Below the pieces are notes generated by a model. That model was given only the letters and a program-made list of their open reading frames with translations, made no database searches and was not told where the DNA came from. A DNA stretch of 60,844 nt, the filler included. It is 8 parts of 8 records of this genome, joined end to end, with 100 filler letters (N's around TTAATTAATTAA, not from the genome) between each part and the next. Parts side by side here need not be neighbours in the genome. Positions count along the whole stretch, not along the records: positions 8,713 to 18,176 come from SRR31156797_15445; positions 18,277 to 27,706 come from SRR31156797_15454; 6 more parts are not named here. One strand, given 5' to 3'. A program made the position numbers and the translations under genes. Positions 9,095-19,267 of this stretch are shown one piece after another (the first letter of the stretch is position 1; the number at the start of each line of letters is the position of its first letter).

Positions 9095-10954
9095 ATGGCA
9101 CAGTTAATTGAGGTAGATAAGGATAAATGTAACTTAAGTTTTACTTGCATCAGAGCCTGTCCGGCTAAGGCGATTAAAATTGCAGATAATTATGCCAATA
9201 TCATTACCGATAAATGTATTGGTTGTGGAAATTGCGTTACGGTTTGTGCGCAAAATGCCATTAGTTTTCGCAATGAAGTGGACAGGGTAAACGACTTGTT
9301 AAAGAGTACCGAAAGAGTTGCTGCTATATGCGATCCGGCTATCTCTGGTGAATTCAGTGATATATCCGACTATCGAAAGTTTGTGGCCATGATACGTGAG
9401 TTGGGTTTTGATTTAGTTGGGGAAGTAGCTTTTGGTGTTGATTTGGTAAGTACCAAATACAAAGACCTTCTGGAAGATTTTCAGGGGAAATATTACCTGA
9501 CTACCCATTGTCCTTCTGTTCGTTCATTTGTTGAAAAATACAGGCCTAACCTGGTGGATAATCTGGCACCCATTGTTCCTCCATTTGTGGCAATGGCAAA
9601 GGTTATGCATAAAAAATATGGAGATGATGTAAAGGTAGTTTACATTACTTCATGTGTATCAGCCAAGGATGGAGCCAGATCATTTCATAAAACAGATGGT
9701 AAGGTTGATGCAGTTATCACATTCTTGGAGCTTAGATCTATGTTTGCGGAAGCGAGAATCGAAGAGTCTTCTGTTGAGTTTAGTGATTTTGATCCTCCGG
9801 TAGGGCGCAAAGGTGGTTTGTATCCAATTAATCATGGATTGTGGCAAGCGGTAGATATGCAACATGATTTGCTAAATAGTAGTATCATTTCTGTTGATGG
9901 AAGAAATAACTTTTTGCAATCATTAAAGGAATTTTCAGAGGACAGTACATTGAATCAGAATATAGATTTATACTATTGTGAGGGATGTGCTATGGGGCCG
10001 GGAATGACTCCCGGAGGTAAAAAGTTTATGAGACAATCTGATATCATTCAGTTTGTAGAAAAAAGGTTGAAAGAAATTGATTGTGACCAATGGAAAAAAG
10101 ATATGGAGGAGTTTAAAGACCTTGATCTTTCACGAAGCTTTAAAGCAATTGATCGCAGGCTACCTCAGCCTTCCGAAGAAGAAATTAATCGTGTTTTACA
10201 CGATATGGGTAAAAGTAAAATAGAAGATCAGCTTGGTTGTGGAGCATGTGGGTATCCTAGCTGTAAAGAATTTGCAGTAGCTTATTGTCAGGGATTAACA
10301 AATTTTGAAATGTGTTATTCCTATTCCATAAAAACTTTGCACACTTATATCAATAAGGTTCATGCAGCAAACGAGAATTTAAAAAACACCAAAGAAGCGC
10401 TTAAGGATAGTGAAGAAAAAGCCCGAAAAGAAGAAGTAGCAGCACGTCAGGCTGCCGAAACAATTACTGCCATGCTCAATAAAATAAGAGCAGGTATTGT
10501 CATGGTAGATGCGAATCTGAATATAATAGAAGCCAACCTAAGTTTTGTAAATATGATGGGTGAAGATGCCCAGCAATTAAATGAAGTAATTCCCGGATTA
10601 AAAGGTGCAGATATCAATACTTTATTGCCTTTTGGAAAGATGTTTAGTACGGTTTTACAAACAGGACAGGAAATTGTTAATCGGGATACTACGGTGGGTG
10701 AAAATATTTTGAATGTTTCAGTTTTTACCATCAAAAAGCATCAGATAGCAGGAGGGATAATTAGGGATTTAACAGCGCCAGAGGTTCGCAGAGAAGAAAT
10801 TATCAACAGGGCACGATCTGTAATTCGCGATAACTTGCAGACTGTACAGCAGATCGCTTTCTTGCTTGGAGAAAGTGCATCAAAAACAGAAAAAGTGCTT
10901 AACTCCATAATTGAAGCACAAAAAGTAGGTGAAAGTCACGAAAGAGGTGTTTAA
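9095..10954 (+). CDS. Sensory [FeFe]-hydrogenase-like protein (HydS/HfsB type): ferredoxin + H-domain + FeS + PAS-like
   Basis: N-terminal CxxxxxCxxxCP and CIGCGNCVTVC; H-cluster motifs TTHCP, TSCVSAK, YCEGCAMGPG; CGACGYPSC FeS domain; coiled coil; C-terminal VQQIAFLLGE. Confidence 0.85.
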   Translation: MAQLIEVDKDKCNLSFTCIRACPAKAIKIADNYANIITDKCIGCGNCVTVCAQNAISFRNEVDRVNDLLKSTERVAAICDPAISGEFSDISDYRKFVAMIRELGFDLVGEVAFGVDLVSTKYKDLLEDFQGKYYLTTHCPSVRSFVEKYRPNLVDNLAPIVPPFVAMAKVMHKKYGDDVKVVYITSCVSAKDGARSFHKTDGKVDAVITFLELRSMFAEARIEESSVEFSDFDPPVGRKGGLYPINHGLWQAVDMQHDLLNSSIISVDGRNNFLQSLKEFSEDSTLNQNIDLYYCEGCAMGPGMTPGGKKFMRQSDIIQFVEKRLKEIDCDQWKKDMEEFKDLDLSRSFKAIDRRLPQPSEEEINRVLHDMGKSKIEDQLGCGACGYPSCKEFAVAYCQGLTNFEMCYSYSIKTLHTYINKVHAANENLKNTKEALKDSEEKARKEEVAARQAAETITAMLNKIRAGIVMVDANLNIIEANLSFVNMMGEDAQQLNEVIPGLKGADINTLLPFGKMFSTVLQTGQEIVNRDTTVGENILNVSVFTIKKHQIAGGIIRDLTAPEVRREEIINRARSVIRDNLQTVQQIAFLLGESASKTEKVLNSIIEAQKVGESHERGV

Positions 10955-10980
10955 TTCCATTGTAAAACTATGTATTTGTA

Positions 10981-12177
10981 ATGATTGTAAAAGAACCTGA
11001 TTTTTTTCTGGATATAGATTGTAAGCAAAATAATCACCATGGTGAATTTATTTGTGGCGATGTTTTTATTTCGCGTCGAATAAAGGAAGATGGCCGTACC
11101 ATTATTGTATTGTCTGATGGAATGGGGAGTGGAGTAAAGGCTAATGTGCTTGCAACGTTAACTGCTTCAATGGCGGTTAATTTTACTGTTGAGCATAAAG
11201 AGGTTCAGAAAACAGCAGAGATTATTATGAATACGCTACCGGTATGTAGTGTGCGTAAGGTAAGTTATTCCACCTTTACTATTATAGATATTGATGACGA
11301 AGGAAGTACCACTATTGTGGAATATGATAATCCCCGGAGCTTAATTATGAGAACCCATCGGCCATTTGATCCCGGATGGAATGAGATAACTTTAGAGAGT
11401 GCACGGAACAAAGGAAAAAAACTATATACCTGTCATTTTAAGGCCAGAAAAGAGGATCGTATTTTATTTTGGTCAGATGGAATTGTGCAGTCAGGAATGG
11501 GTTCAAAAACGCTGCCTTTTGGTTGGGGACGTGATGAAGTGGAAAATTATGTGGTAAAAAGCATAAAGAATACACCGTTTATTTGTTCTGCTAAACTAGC
11601 CCGAAAAATTGTCAATATGGCCTCGCTTAATGATGGGGGAAGTCCCCTTGATGATACTTCTTGTGGGACAATTTACTTGCGCGAACCCAGAAAATTATTA
11701 TTTGTAACCGGACCTCCGTTTGATGAGAAAAAGGATGTTGATTTTGCTCTGAAAGTACAACAGTTTGGAGGTAAAAAAGTAGTAAGCGGTGGTACAACTG
11801 CTGAAATTATTGCAAGAGAATTGGGCTTAAAGTTTTCTGCCAGTCTCGAAATGTCTGATCCGGATTTACCGCCTGCAGCACAAATGGAAAATATTGATCT
11901 GGTAACGGAGGGTATTTTAACCTTAGGAAAAGTCGTAAGGGTACTTGAGGATTATGAGAAAAAGGATGACATTCCGGGTAAGGGACCTGCTCATCAAATT
12001 GTAAAGTTATTTGTAGAAAGCGACAAAATTCATATTGTGAATGGTACGCGTATAAATGTAGCGCATCAAGATCCTAATTTACCGGTTGAATTAGAGATTA
12101 GGAGAACAGTAGTAAAACATATCGCAGCGTTATTAGAGGATAAATTCTTAAAAGAGGTTTCTATCGAATACATTTAG
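10981..12177 (+). CDS. SpoIIE-family Ser/Thr phosphatase (HfsC-like)
   Basis: ICGD, LSDGMGSG, SDGI, DDTS PP2C motifs; C-terminal VTEGILTL domain. Confidence 0.9.
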   Translation: MIVKEPDFFLDIDCKQNNHHGEFICGDVFISRRIKEDGRTIIVLSDGMGSGVKANVLATLTASMAVNFTVEHKEVQKTAEIIMNTLPVCSVRKVSYSTFTIIDIDDEGSTTIVEYDNPRSLIMRTHRPFDPGWNEITLESARNKGKKLYTCHFKARKEDRILFWSDGIVQSGMGSKTLPFGWGRDEVENYVVKSIKNTPFICSAKLARKIVNMASLNDGGSPLDDTSCGTIYLREPRKLLFVTGPPFDEKKDVDFALKVQQFGGKKVVSGGTTAEIIARELGLKFSASLEMSDPDLPPAAQMENIDLVTEGILTLGKVVRVLEDYEKKDDIPGKGPAHQIVKLFVESDKIHIVNGTRINVAHQDPNLPVELEIRRTVVKHIAALLEDKFLKEVSIEYI

Positions 12178-12546
12178 TCGCAATTCATAATCTTCATACT
12201 TATTTTATTTGCTAATTATACTGAGTTATATCGCATTCGTTTTTTTTATAGTCTATTCACTTCTGAATTGCTAATTATTAATTATAAATTCTTCAAGGTA
12301 CCTATCGGCTAGTTCCTGATTTATTGCTTATTCCTTTTGCTAAAGAATGCCCTGTTATTGGGCTTTAGGTTTTATTTAGACTTATTATGTATTGAGATAA
12401 GTTTGATTTTCTGCTTTTTTTTTTCGTTTGATACACCGTATTTTGCAAGTAATTCTAGAAAAATTTCTTTAATTGATTCGTTTTATAAATGGTTAATAAT
12501 ATAAAGCGTTGAAAAAGATTGATTTAGTGTAAATAAGTCTGTTTGA

Positions 12547-12891
12547 ATGAAGATAAAAGAGATTGTTGATATTCTGGATGCTCAGGTTATTTGTGGCGAT
12601 CACTATCAGAATAGTGAAGTAGAGAGTGGTTTTGCCAGCGATTTAATGAGCGACGTGTTGACATTAGATACGGATAAAATGCTTTTAATAACCGGTTTGG
12701 CTAATATGCAGACCATCAGAACGGTTGAAATGGCAGATATTCATTGCGTTCTTTTTGTGAGAAACAAACAAGTATCACCGGAAATGTTAGCCTTAGCTAA
12801 AGAACAGGATTTAATCTTGATACAATGCAAGTATTCAATGTTTAATACTGTTGGGAAGTTATTTGAAGCCGGATTAGCACCAGTTTATTAG
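12547..12891 (+). CDS. DRTGG-domain protein
   Basis: ASDLMSDVL, LLITGL, typical of hydrogenase-linked DRTGG proteins. Confidence 0.8.
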   Translation: MKIKEIVDILDAQVICGDHYQNSEVESGFASDLMSDVLTLDTDKMLLITGLANMQTIRTVEMADIHCVLFVRNKQVSPEMLALAKEQDLILIQCKYSMFNTVGKLFEAGLAPVY

Positions 12892-12900
12892 ATCAATACT

Positions 12901-13311
12901 ATGGAATTTATTTACGAGGTAGAAGGAGGGAATTTTACAAAAGCAGGAAATGCTTCGAGTGCAGTTAAAAAAACACTGAAGCAGTTGAATGTAAATCCCA
13001 AAGTGGTTAAAAGAATTGTAGTTGCATTGTATGAAGCGGAAGTAAATATCGTAGCCCATGCATACAGTGGAACCATAAAAGTGAATATAACACCGGAGCA
13101 TATCAACATTGTTTTAAATGATGATGGTCCCGGAATTGAAGATATTGATTTGGCTATGCAGGAAGGTTATTCGACCGCATCGGCTAAAGTTAGAGAAATG
13201 GGCTTTGGGGCAGGAATGGGTTTGCCCAATATTAAAAAAAATGTCGACGAGCTGGATGTAACCAGTATTGTTGATAAGGGAACGCAAGTTAAAATGAAAA
13301 CGTATTTGTAA
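12901..13311 (+). CDS. Anti-sigma-factor-type Ser/Thr kinase (RsbT-like HATPase)
   Basis: YEAEVN, DDGPGI, GYST, GAGMGL boxes. Confidence 0.9.
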   Translation: MEFIYEVEGGNFTKAGNASSAVKKTLKQLNVNPKVVKRIVVALYEAEVNIVAHAYSGTIKVNITPEHINIVLNDDGPGIEDIDLAMQEGYSTASAKVREMGFGAGMGLPNIKKNVDELDVTSIVDKGTQVKMKTYL

Positions 13312-13318
13312 TCCTTAA

Positions 13319-14689
13319 ATGAGTAAACAACAAATATATCATGCCTTAAAAGTAGACAAGGATATTTGTTACGGTTGTACACATTGTATGAATGTTTGTC
13401 CAACCGAGGCTATTCGTATAAACGATGGAAAAGCACTCATTTTAACAAAACGTTGTGTTGACTGTGGAGAATGTTTAAAAGTTTGTCCGGTTGATGCTAT
13501 TTATATTGAGCAGGATGACCTTCAAAATATTTTTGATTATGAATACAGAGTTGCTTTAGTTCCGGCTGTATTTACTGGTCAGTTTCCAACATCCATTACA
13601 GAAGAAGAGATATTCAGCGTAATGAAGGAAATGGGTTTTACCCATGTTTTTCAAGCTGAATTTATGGTGGATGTGATTAATGAATTGATGGAAGATCAAA
13701 TGAAGGATAATGAGGAAAAACCTCTGATTTCCACATTTTGTCCATCTGTAGTTCGACTAATACAAGTCAAATTTCCCTCTCTGGTAGATAATATTGCATC
13801 TGTAAATCCTCCGGTAGATGCATCCGCCGCTTTTTACCGCCGTATGCTTATAAAACAAGGCATACCTGGGGATCAAATAGGTATTTTTTATGTAACGCCA
13901 TGTGCTGCAAAAATTGCTGCAATTAAAGGTTATGAGAAATATCATGCTTCCATTAACGGTGTAATTAATATGCGGTATTTGTACAATAAGTTGTACAAAA
14001 AAATAAAAAGCAACCACAAAGAAGAAAGAGAACTGCCCGTATTACCACACTTATCGAGTAAATCCATTCAATGGAGTTTAACACGAGGCGAGGCAGATAA
14101 TATGAATGGAAGGTGTTTGGCTGTGGATGAAATTCATAATGTAATTGAGTTTCTGGAAAGGCTCGAAAATGATGAAATTCCTGAGGTGGATTATTTGGAG
14201 TTAAGAGCTTGTGATCAGGGTTGTGCTGGCGGTGTTCTTTTACATGGTAATCGTTTTTTAACCGTGGATAGAATTAAACAAAGAGCCAAGCAACTGGAAA
14301 ACGAATCAGGAAATATCGATTGGAAAGAATATAAAGATATTATTCAAAATAAAGATCTGTTTACCTCAAAGATTGATACACTTCCGGCTATGTCTTTAGA
14401 TAAGGATTTTGAAGAAGCCTTAAAAAAGATGGAGCGCATCAGAAATTTAATGTGCTATTTACCGGGAATTGATTGCGGAGCATGTGGGTCGCCCAGTTGT
14501 CAGGCTTTGGCTGAAGATATTGTTCAGCGTAAAGCTAATTTATCCAATTGCGTTTTTATGCAAAGGATGATGGAACAAAACAAAAAGCTGAGTAGCGAAC
14601 ATGCAATTAGAATTATTGAAAAAACCTGGGGTAAAGACAGGTTAGATAAGGATTGTAGAAAAAAAGGAGCAAAAAATGAAGGTATGTGA
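13319..14689 (+). CDS. [FeFe]-hydrogenase-like Fe-S protein (ferredoxin + H-domain + FeS domain)
   Basis: CYGCTHCMNVCP, CVDCGECLKVCP; STFCP, TPCAAK, ELRACDQGCAGG; LPGIDCGACGSPSC. Confidence 0.85.
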   Translation: MSKQQIYHALKVDKDICYGCTHCMNVCPTEAIRINDGKALILTKRCVDCGECLKVCPVDAIYIEQDDLQNIFDYEYRVALVPAVFTGQFPTSITEEEIFSVMKEMGFTHVFQAEFMVDVINELMEDQMKDNEEKPLISTFCPSVVRLIQVKFPSLVDNIASVNPPVDASAAFYRRMLIKQGIPGDQIGIFYVTPCAAKIAAIKGYEKYHASINGVINMRYLYNKLYKKIKSNHKEERELPVLPHLSSKSIQWSLTRGEADNMNGRCLAVDEIHNVIEFLERLENDEIPEVDYLELRACDQGCAGGVLLHGNRFLTVDRIKQRAKQLENESGNIDWKEYKDIIQNKDLFTSKIDTLPAMSLDKDFEEALKKMERIRNLMCYLPGIDCGACGSPSCQALAEDIVQRKANLSNCVFMQRMMEQNKKLSSEHAIRIIEKTWGKDRLDKDCRKKGAKNEGM

Positions 14690-15011
14690 TATTGTTGAGC
14701 AACTCAACTTACAAGTTTTTTGTGGAGAACAAGGAATCAATAATGAAATAACAGGAGGTTATACTTCTGATTTATTGAGTGATGTTATGGGAAATGTAGA
14801 TGAAAACCAGGTGTGGATTACATTACAAACCCATAGAAATATTATGGCCATTGCTTCATTAAAAGATGTAGCGGCTATAATTCTTGTAAAAGGTTATAAA
14901 CCTGAGGAAGCAGCTTTGGTACAAAGTAATGAGGAAGGAATTCCTATTCTGGGCACCGAATTAGAAGCTTTTGAGATATCAGGAAAGTTGTTTGCGTTGT
15001 TAAATAATTAG
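14676..15011 (+). CDS. DRTGG-domain protein
   Basis: GGYTSDLLSDVM, VWITLQTH; overlaps the upstream gene. Confidence 0.8.
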   Translation: MKVCDIVEQLNLQVFCGEQGINNEITGGYTSDLLSDVMGNVDENQVWITLQTHRNIMAIASLKDVAAIILVKGYKPEEAALVQSNEEGIPILGTELEAFEISGKLFALLNN

Positions 15012-15077
15012 GTCAATTAGGTTTGGTAAAAAGGTGTTTTGCTAAATCTATTATTGATTGAAATTTAAAATGAGCTA

Positions 15078-15833
15078 ATGAAAAAATATCGGGTCGATTT
15101 ACATATACATTCGGTGCTTTCGCCTTGCGCTGAGTTGGATATGAGTCCGGATATTATCATTGAAAATGCAAAGCAAAAGAAATTAGATATTATTGGAATT
15201 GCAGATCATAACTCGACTAAGCAATGTGAAGTGATCTGGCAATTAGGAAAAAAAGAAGGAATAACCGTTTTATGCGGTTCCGAAATAAATACAAAAGAAG
15301 AGGTGCATTGCCTCGTGTTCTTTGAAAATTTTGAAAAGTTGAATGAGTTCCAGCAGTATCTGGATGAACATTTACCCGTTGTTAAAAATAAGCCGGATTT
15401 GTTTGGAGATCAGGTTTGGGTAGATGAAAACAACCAAATATTAGGGGAAGAAGAGCGCTTGTTAATTGTTGGATTGGATGTTTCGATTGATGAAGTGGCC
15501 GAGAAGGTTCAAGCATTAGAGGGTTTGTTCATACCGGCTCATGTCGACAGATCCAGGTTTAGCGTAACCAGTCAGTTGGGTTTTTTAGCAGAAGATTTGC
15601 CTGTTTCGGCCATTGAAGTGAGTAAGCATGCAAATATGCAGCAATTACCAGAAAAGCATCCATGGATAAACAGGTATAGTGTAATTGCCAGTTCAGATGC
15701 ACATATGCCAGCGCAAATTGGAGGTACTTATACTGAGATGCAATTAATGGAACCTACATTTAGCGAAGTGAAGATGGCTCTAAAAAATGAGTCAGAAAGA
15801 AAAGTGTTAAACATTTATTTAAATAAAGATTAA
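15078..15833 (+). CDS. PHP-domain phosphoesterase
   Basis: DLHIHS, ADHN, EEVH, PAHVD, SSDAH metal-binding motifs. Confidence 0.9.
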   Translation: MKKYRVDLHIHSVLSPCAELDMSPDIIIENAKQKKLDIIGIADHNSTKQCEVIWQLGKKEGITVLCGSEINTKEEVHCLVFFENFEKLNEFQQYLDEHLPVVKNKPDLFGDQVWVDENNQILGEEERLLIVGLDVSIDEVAEKVQALEGLFIPAHVDRSRFSVTSQLGFLAEDLPVSAIEVSKHANMQQLPEKHPWINRYSVIASSDAHMPAQIGGTYTEMQLMEPTFSEVKMALKNESERKVLNIYLNKD

Positions 15834-15835
15834 CC

Positions 15836-16384
15836 ATGCGTGATATATCCATGCATATACTTGATATCATTGGTAACTCGGTAAGAGCAGAGGCTTCAGT
15901 TGTGGAGGTTACCTTGATTGAAGATGCTCTGGAAGATGAGGTTTCTTTAGTGATAAAGGATAATGGAAAAGGCATGGATAATGAAACAATAAATAAGGCA
16001 TTGGATCCTTTTTTTACATCGCGAAAAACACGAAAAGTAGGATTAGGTATTCCCTTGTTACAACAGAATGCACAATTATCAGGAGGTGATTTATATATCA
16101 CTTCGGAGCCAGGGAAAGGAACAGAGATAAAGGCTGTATTTGTGCGTTCAAATATCGATCGTCCACCATTGGGAGATATACCTGGGACGGTCAGCTTAAT
16201 GGTGTCAGGAAATCCTAAAGTGGATTTTATTTATAAACACCAAATCGATAATGAAGAGTTCATATTTAATAGCATCGAGATTAAAGAGGTGTTGGATGGA
16301 GTGGATATTACCAATCCGGGAGTTATTAAATTTATGAAAGAAATGATCCGCGAAAATCTGGAAGAGATAGGAGTGGAACTTTAA
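15836..16384 (+). CDS. Stand-alone HATPase_c (histidine-kinase-like) protein
   Basis: DIIGNS, DNGKGM, DPFFT, GLGIP boxes; no HisKA or sensor domain. Confidence 0.85.
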   Translation: MRDISMHILDIIGNSVRAEASVVEVTLIEDALEDEVSLVIKDNGKGMDNETINKALDPFFTSRKTRKVGLGIPLLQQNAQLSGGDLYITSEPGKGTEIKAVFVRSNIDRPPLGDIPGTVSLMVSGNPKVDFIYKHQIDNEEFIFNSIEIKEVLDGVDITNPGVIKFMKEMIRENLEEIGVEL

Positions 16385-16572
16385 ACAGGCAACAGTTAAC
16401 AATGATCAGTTTACAGTAATTGGTGATTAGTTAGCAGAGGCCAGAAGTAGATAGAATAATAGATGAGACTATTATTTCTTATCAGAAAGAAAAGTTTTTA
16501 AGTGTCTTGATATTTTATCTGGATACTTGATACCAGAAAATGAAACGATTTACAAACTATAATAAAAGCAAA

Positions 16573-16983
16573 ATGGCAAAAGTTAAAACCTTAGATGATC
16601 TTAAAAAGATGAGGGATGAGCTTCAGGGCAAAATCACCCTTCGCGAAAAAAGTGATCATCCGGAGAAAATGGTTCAAATTAAGGTTTCAATGGCTACTTG
16701 TGGAATTGCTTCAGGAGCTAAAGAAACCATGAATTATCTGATTGAAGAGTTGGATAAGCGTGCTATTGATGCGGTTGTAACCCAAACCGGTTGTATGGGA
16801 TACTGCCACTCAGAACCAACTATTGAAGTACATCTACCTGGAACAGAGCCAGTGGTGTATGGACATGTGGACACAAAAAAGGCAGAAGAAATCATTCAAA
16901 AGCACATTATGGGCGGCGAATTAGTGGATGGTATCATCCCTGCCAGCTATACAACATCTAACGAAGAAGATAACGAAAAGTAA
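16573..16983 (+). CDS. [2Fe-2S] thioredoxin-like subunit of bifurcating/NADP-reducing hydrogenase (HndB-like)
   Basis: MATCGIASGA, QTGCMGYCHSEP. Confidence 0.85.
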   Translation: MAKVKTLDDLKKMRDELQGKITLREKSDHPEKMVQIKVSMATCGIASGAKETMNYLIEELDKRAIDAVVTQTGCMGYCHSEPTIEVHLPGTEPVVYGHVDTKKAEEIIQKHIMGGELVDGIIPASYTTSNEEDNEK

Positions 16984-16991
16984 TTTGAGTC

Positions 16992-18176
16992 ATGGCCAAG
17001 TATAATAATCACATTTTGGTTTGTGGGGGTACGGGATGTCGTGCTTCACAAGGTGAAGAGATTGTAGAAAATCTAAAGCAGGCTGTTGCTGATAACAGTC
17101 TAGAAAGTGAAATTCAGGTAGTACGTACAGGATGTTTCGGTTTTTGCGAAAAAGGTCCTATCGTTAAAATGATTCCTGATAATACCTTTTATGTACAGGT
17201 AACACCTGAGGATGCCGGAGAAATTATCTCAGAGCATATCGTAAAAGGACGTAAAGTTGAACGTTTGTTATATACCGATCCTGATAAGAAAGAGCAAATT
17301 GCCGATTCTAAGGATATGGGATTCTACAAAAAACAGGTTCGTATTGCTTTACGTAACTGTGGTTTCATCAACCCTGAAAATATTGATGAGTATGTAGCTC
17401 GCGACGGATATGCTGCACTAGGAAAAGTGTTGTCTGAAATGACTCCGGAAGAAGCTATTAAAATTGTTAAAGACTCAGGACTTAGAGGTCGTGGGGGAGG
17501 TGGTTTCCCAACTGGATTAAAATGGGAAATAACCAATAAAGTAGAAAATGATACCAAATATGTAGTGTGTAATGCCGATGAGGGTGACCCGGGTGCATTT
17601 ATGGACCGCTCTATCCTTGAAGGAGATCCACACTCTGTATTAGAAGCAATGGCTATCTGTGGGTACTGTATCGGAGGAAGCCATGGATTAATTTATATCC
17701 GAGCTGAGTATCCTCTGGCAATTGAGCGTTTGAAAATTGCCATTGAGCAAGCGCGTAGCCTTGGAGTTTTAGGTAAAGATATTTTTGGTACAGGATTCGA
17801 TTTTGATGTTGAGCTACGTTACGGTGCTGGAGCTTTTGTTTGTGGAGAGGAAACTTCATTAATCCACTCTATGGAAGGTTTGCGTGGAGAGCCTACTGTA
17901 AAACCTCCATTCCCATCTGTAAGCGGATATAAAGGAAAGCCAACTAACGTGAATAATGTGGAGACTTTCGCCAATATTCCTGTAATCATTAATAAAGGTG
18001 CAGAATATTTTGCTTCTATCGGTACAGAAAAAAGTAAAGGAACGAAAGTATTTGCTTTGGCTGGAAAAATCAATAATGTTGGTTTGATCGAGGTTCCAAT
18101 GGGAATTACTTTACGTGAAGTCATTTTTGATATAGGTGGTGGTATTAAAGATGGTAAGAAATTTAAGGCTGTTCAA
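16992..18176 (+). CDS. NuoF-like NAD(P)H/FMN-binding hydrogenase subunit (HndC/HydB), 3' truncated
   Basis: N-terminal [2Fe-2S] CGGTGC..GCFGFC; GLRGRGGGGFPTG, CNADEGDPG, GAGAFVCGEET. Confidence 0.92.
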
Positions 18177-18277
18177 NNNNNNNNNNNNNNNNNNNNNNNN
18201 NNNNNNNNNNNNNNNNNNNNTTAATTAATTAANNNNNNNNNNNNNNNNNNNNNNNNNNNNNNNNNNNNNNNNNNNNT

Positions 18278-18418
18278 GTGCATCTGCTGGTGATGATTCC
18301 GCCGAAAATAGCAATCTCTGATTATACTGGAATGATTAAAGGCAGGACCGCAATAAGAGTGTTCAATAAATTTTGACATTTGAAGGATAAACCGTATTGG
18401 AGTAACAAGTTTTGGGGC
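18278..18418 (+). mobile_element. IS200/IS605 TnpA (Y1 HUH transposase) pseudogene fragment
   Basis: Translates VHLLVMIPPKIAISDYTGMIKGRTAIRVFNKF*HLKDKPYWSNKFW, with an in-frame TGA at 18374-18376. Confidence 0.8.
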
Positions 18419-18456
18419 GGCCGTCAAGACACACCGGGGAATAACCTGAAGGTCAG

Positions 18457-18530
18457 AAACTATAGAATTCGGTGCAAAACTTCAGATAAAACCTTTAAGG
18501 GGGGTGTGAAAACAAAAAGGTTGAATGCTG
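18457..18530 (+). mobile_element. ISAs1-family transposase relic (internally deleted 3' end)
   Basis: AAACTATAGAATTCGGTG followed by DKTFKGGVKTKRLNA; both blocks match the copy at 26754-26969. Confidence 0.65.
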
Positions 18531-18680
18531 TTTCTAACGACTTTATAGGCACTTCATTCCTTTTACTTGGGTTGACCCTGATTAGGATAATCTATACCGG
18601 TTTACAAAAAAAGAAATTCCTATCAATCTGGTCACAGGAGGAGAACCCGGTTGATTATTTCCTCCCGGGTTCGAACAGGT

Positions 18681-19223
18681 CTATTGTGTCCAAAACATAC
18701 CGCCGATATAGGTCACGGTATTCTTCCCATTGTTATAATTCATTTTATTTTCTGCCATCATTTTCATAACATCAATACCAAAGGCTTCAACGGAGAATAT
18801 AGCATCTTCAGGGTTCCGGCAGGGCTTTTGATGCTGATATGAACAGGTGTCGCACAACCGGCAGGGGCCTGCCCCCAGATTCAGAAAATCAAAATCCGGA
18901 TACATGGATTTAATATTTTTTTTAAGTTCATGTATCCGGGTTTGGAAATTTTTCGCACTGCCGACCATGCCTTCCCAGTCAAAACTATCCTCTATGGTGT
19001 AGACCTTATCAACAATCATGAAGCGGGTATAGGAAGCAAGTTTTTCTTGGAGCTGGTCAAGGGGAGCAATGGCAGGCGGGCATGTCCAGCTTTTTCCATA
19101 GTTTCCGCACATATTTTGTTCACACATTTTCCGAACCTCATCATTGAAAGGGACGGATGGGGCGGTAATGTTTTTTGAGTGGTCGAAAAGGTCGTGGATG
19201 AGTTGGAGCAGTTTTGAATTCAA
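18681..19223 (-). CDS. DUF2284-like Cys-rich metal-binding protein
   Basis: CEQNMCGNYGKSWTCPP, GPCRLCDTC..CRNP, SVEAFGIDV; TTG start with AGGAG RBS. Confidence 0.8.
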   Translation of the reverse strand: MNSKLLQLIHDLFDHSKNITAPSVPFNDEVRKMCEQNMCGNYGKSWTCPPAIAPLDQLQEKLASYTRFMIVDKVYTIEDSFDWEGMVGSAKNFQTRIHELKKNIKSMYPDFDFLNLGAGPCRLCDTCSYQHQKPCRNPEDAIFSVEAFGIDVMKMMAENKMNYNNGKNTVTYIGGMFWTQ

Positions 19224-19267
19224 TGTCAGTCTCCTTTCTGTGCGCTGAAAAGGCGGTTCGAATTTTT

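Noticed and set aside
16400-16540. Purine-rich then pyrimidine-rich low-complexity stretch before the hndB-like gene
   Set aside because: Degenerate short-period repeats of a kind common in Bacteroidales intergenic DNA; no clear unit or structure.
18374-18376. In-frame TGA as possible selenocysteine or readthrough
   Set aside because: It lies in a truncated IS200 tnpA fragment at a non-Cys position; a nonsense mutation is the simpler explanation.
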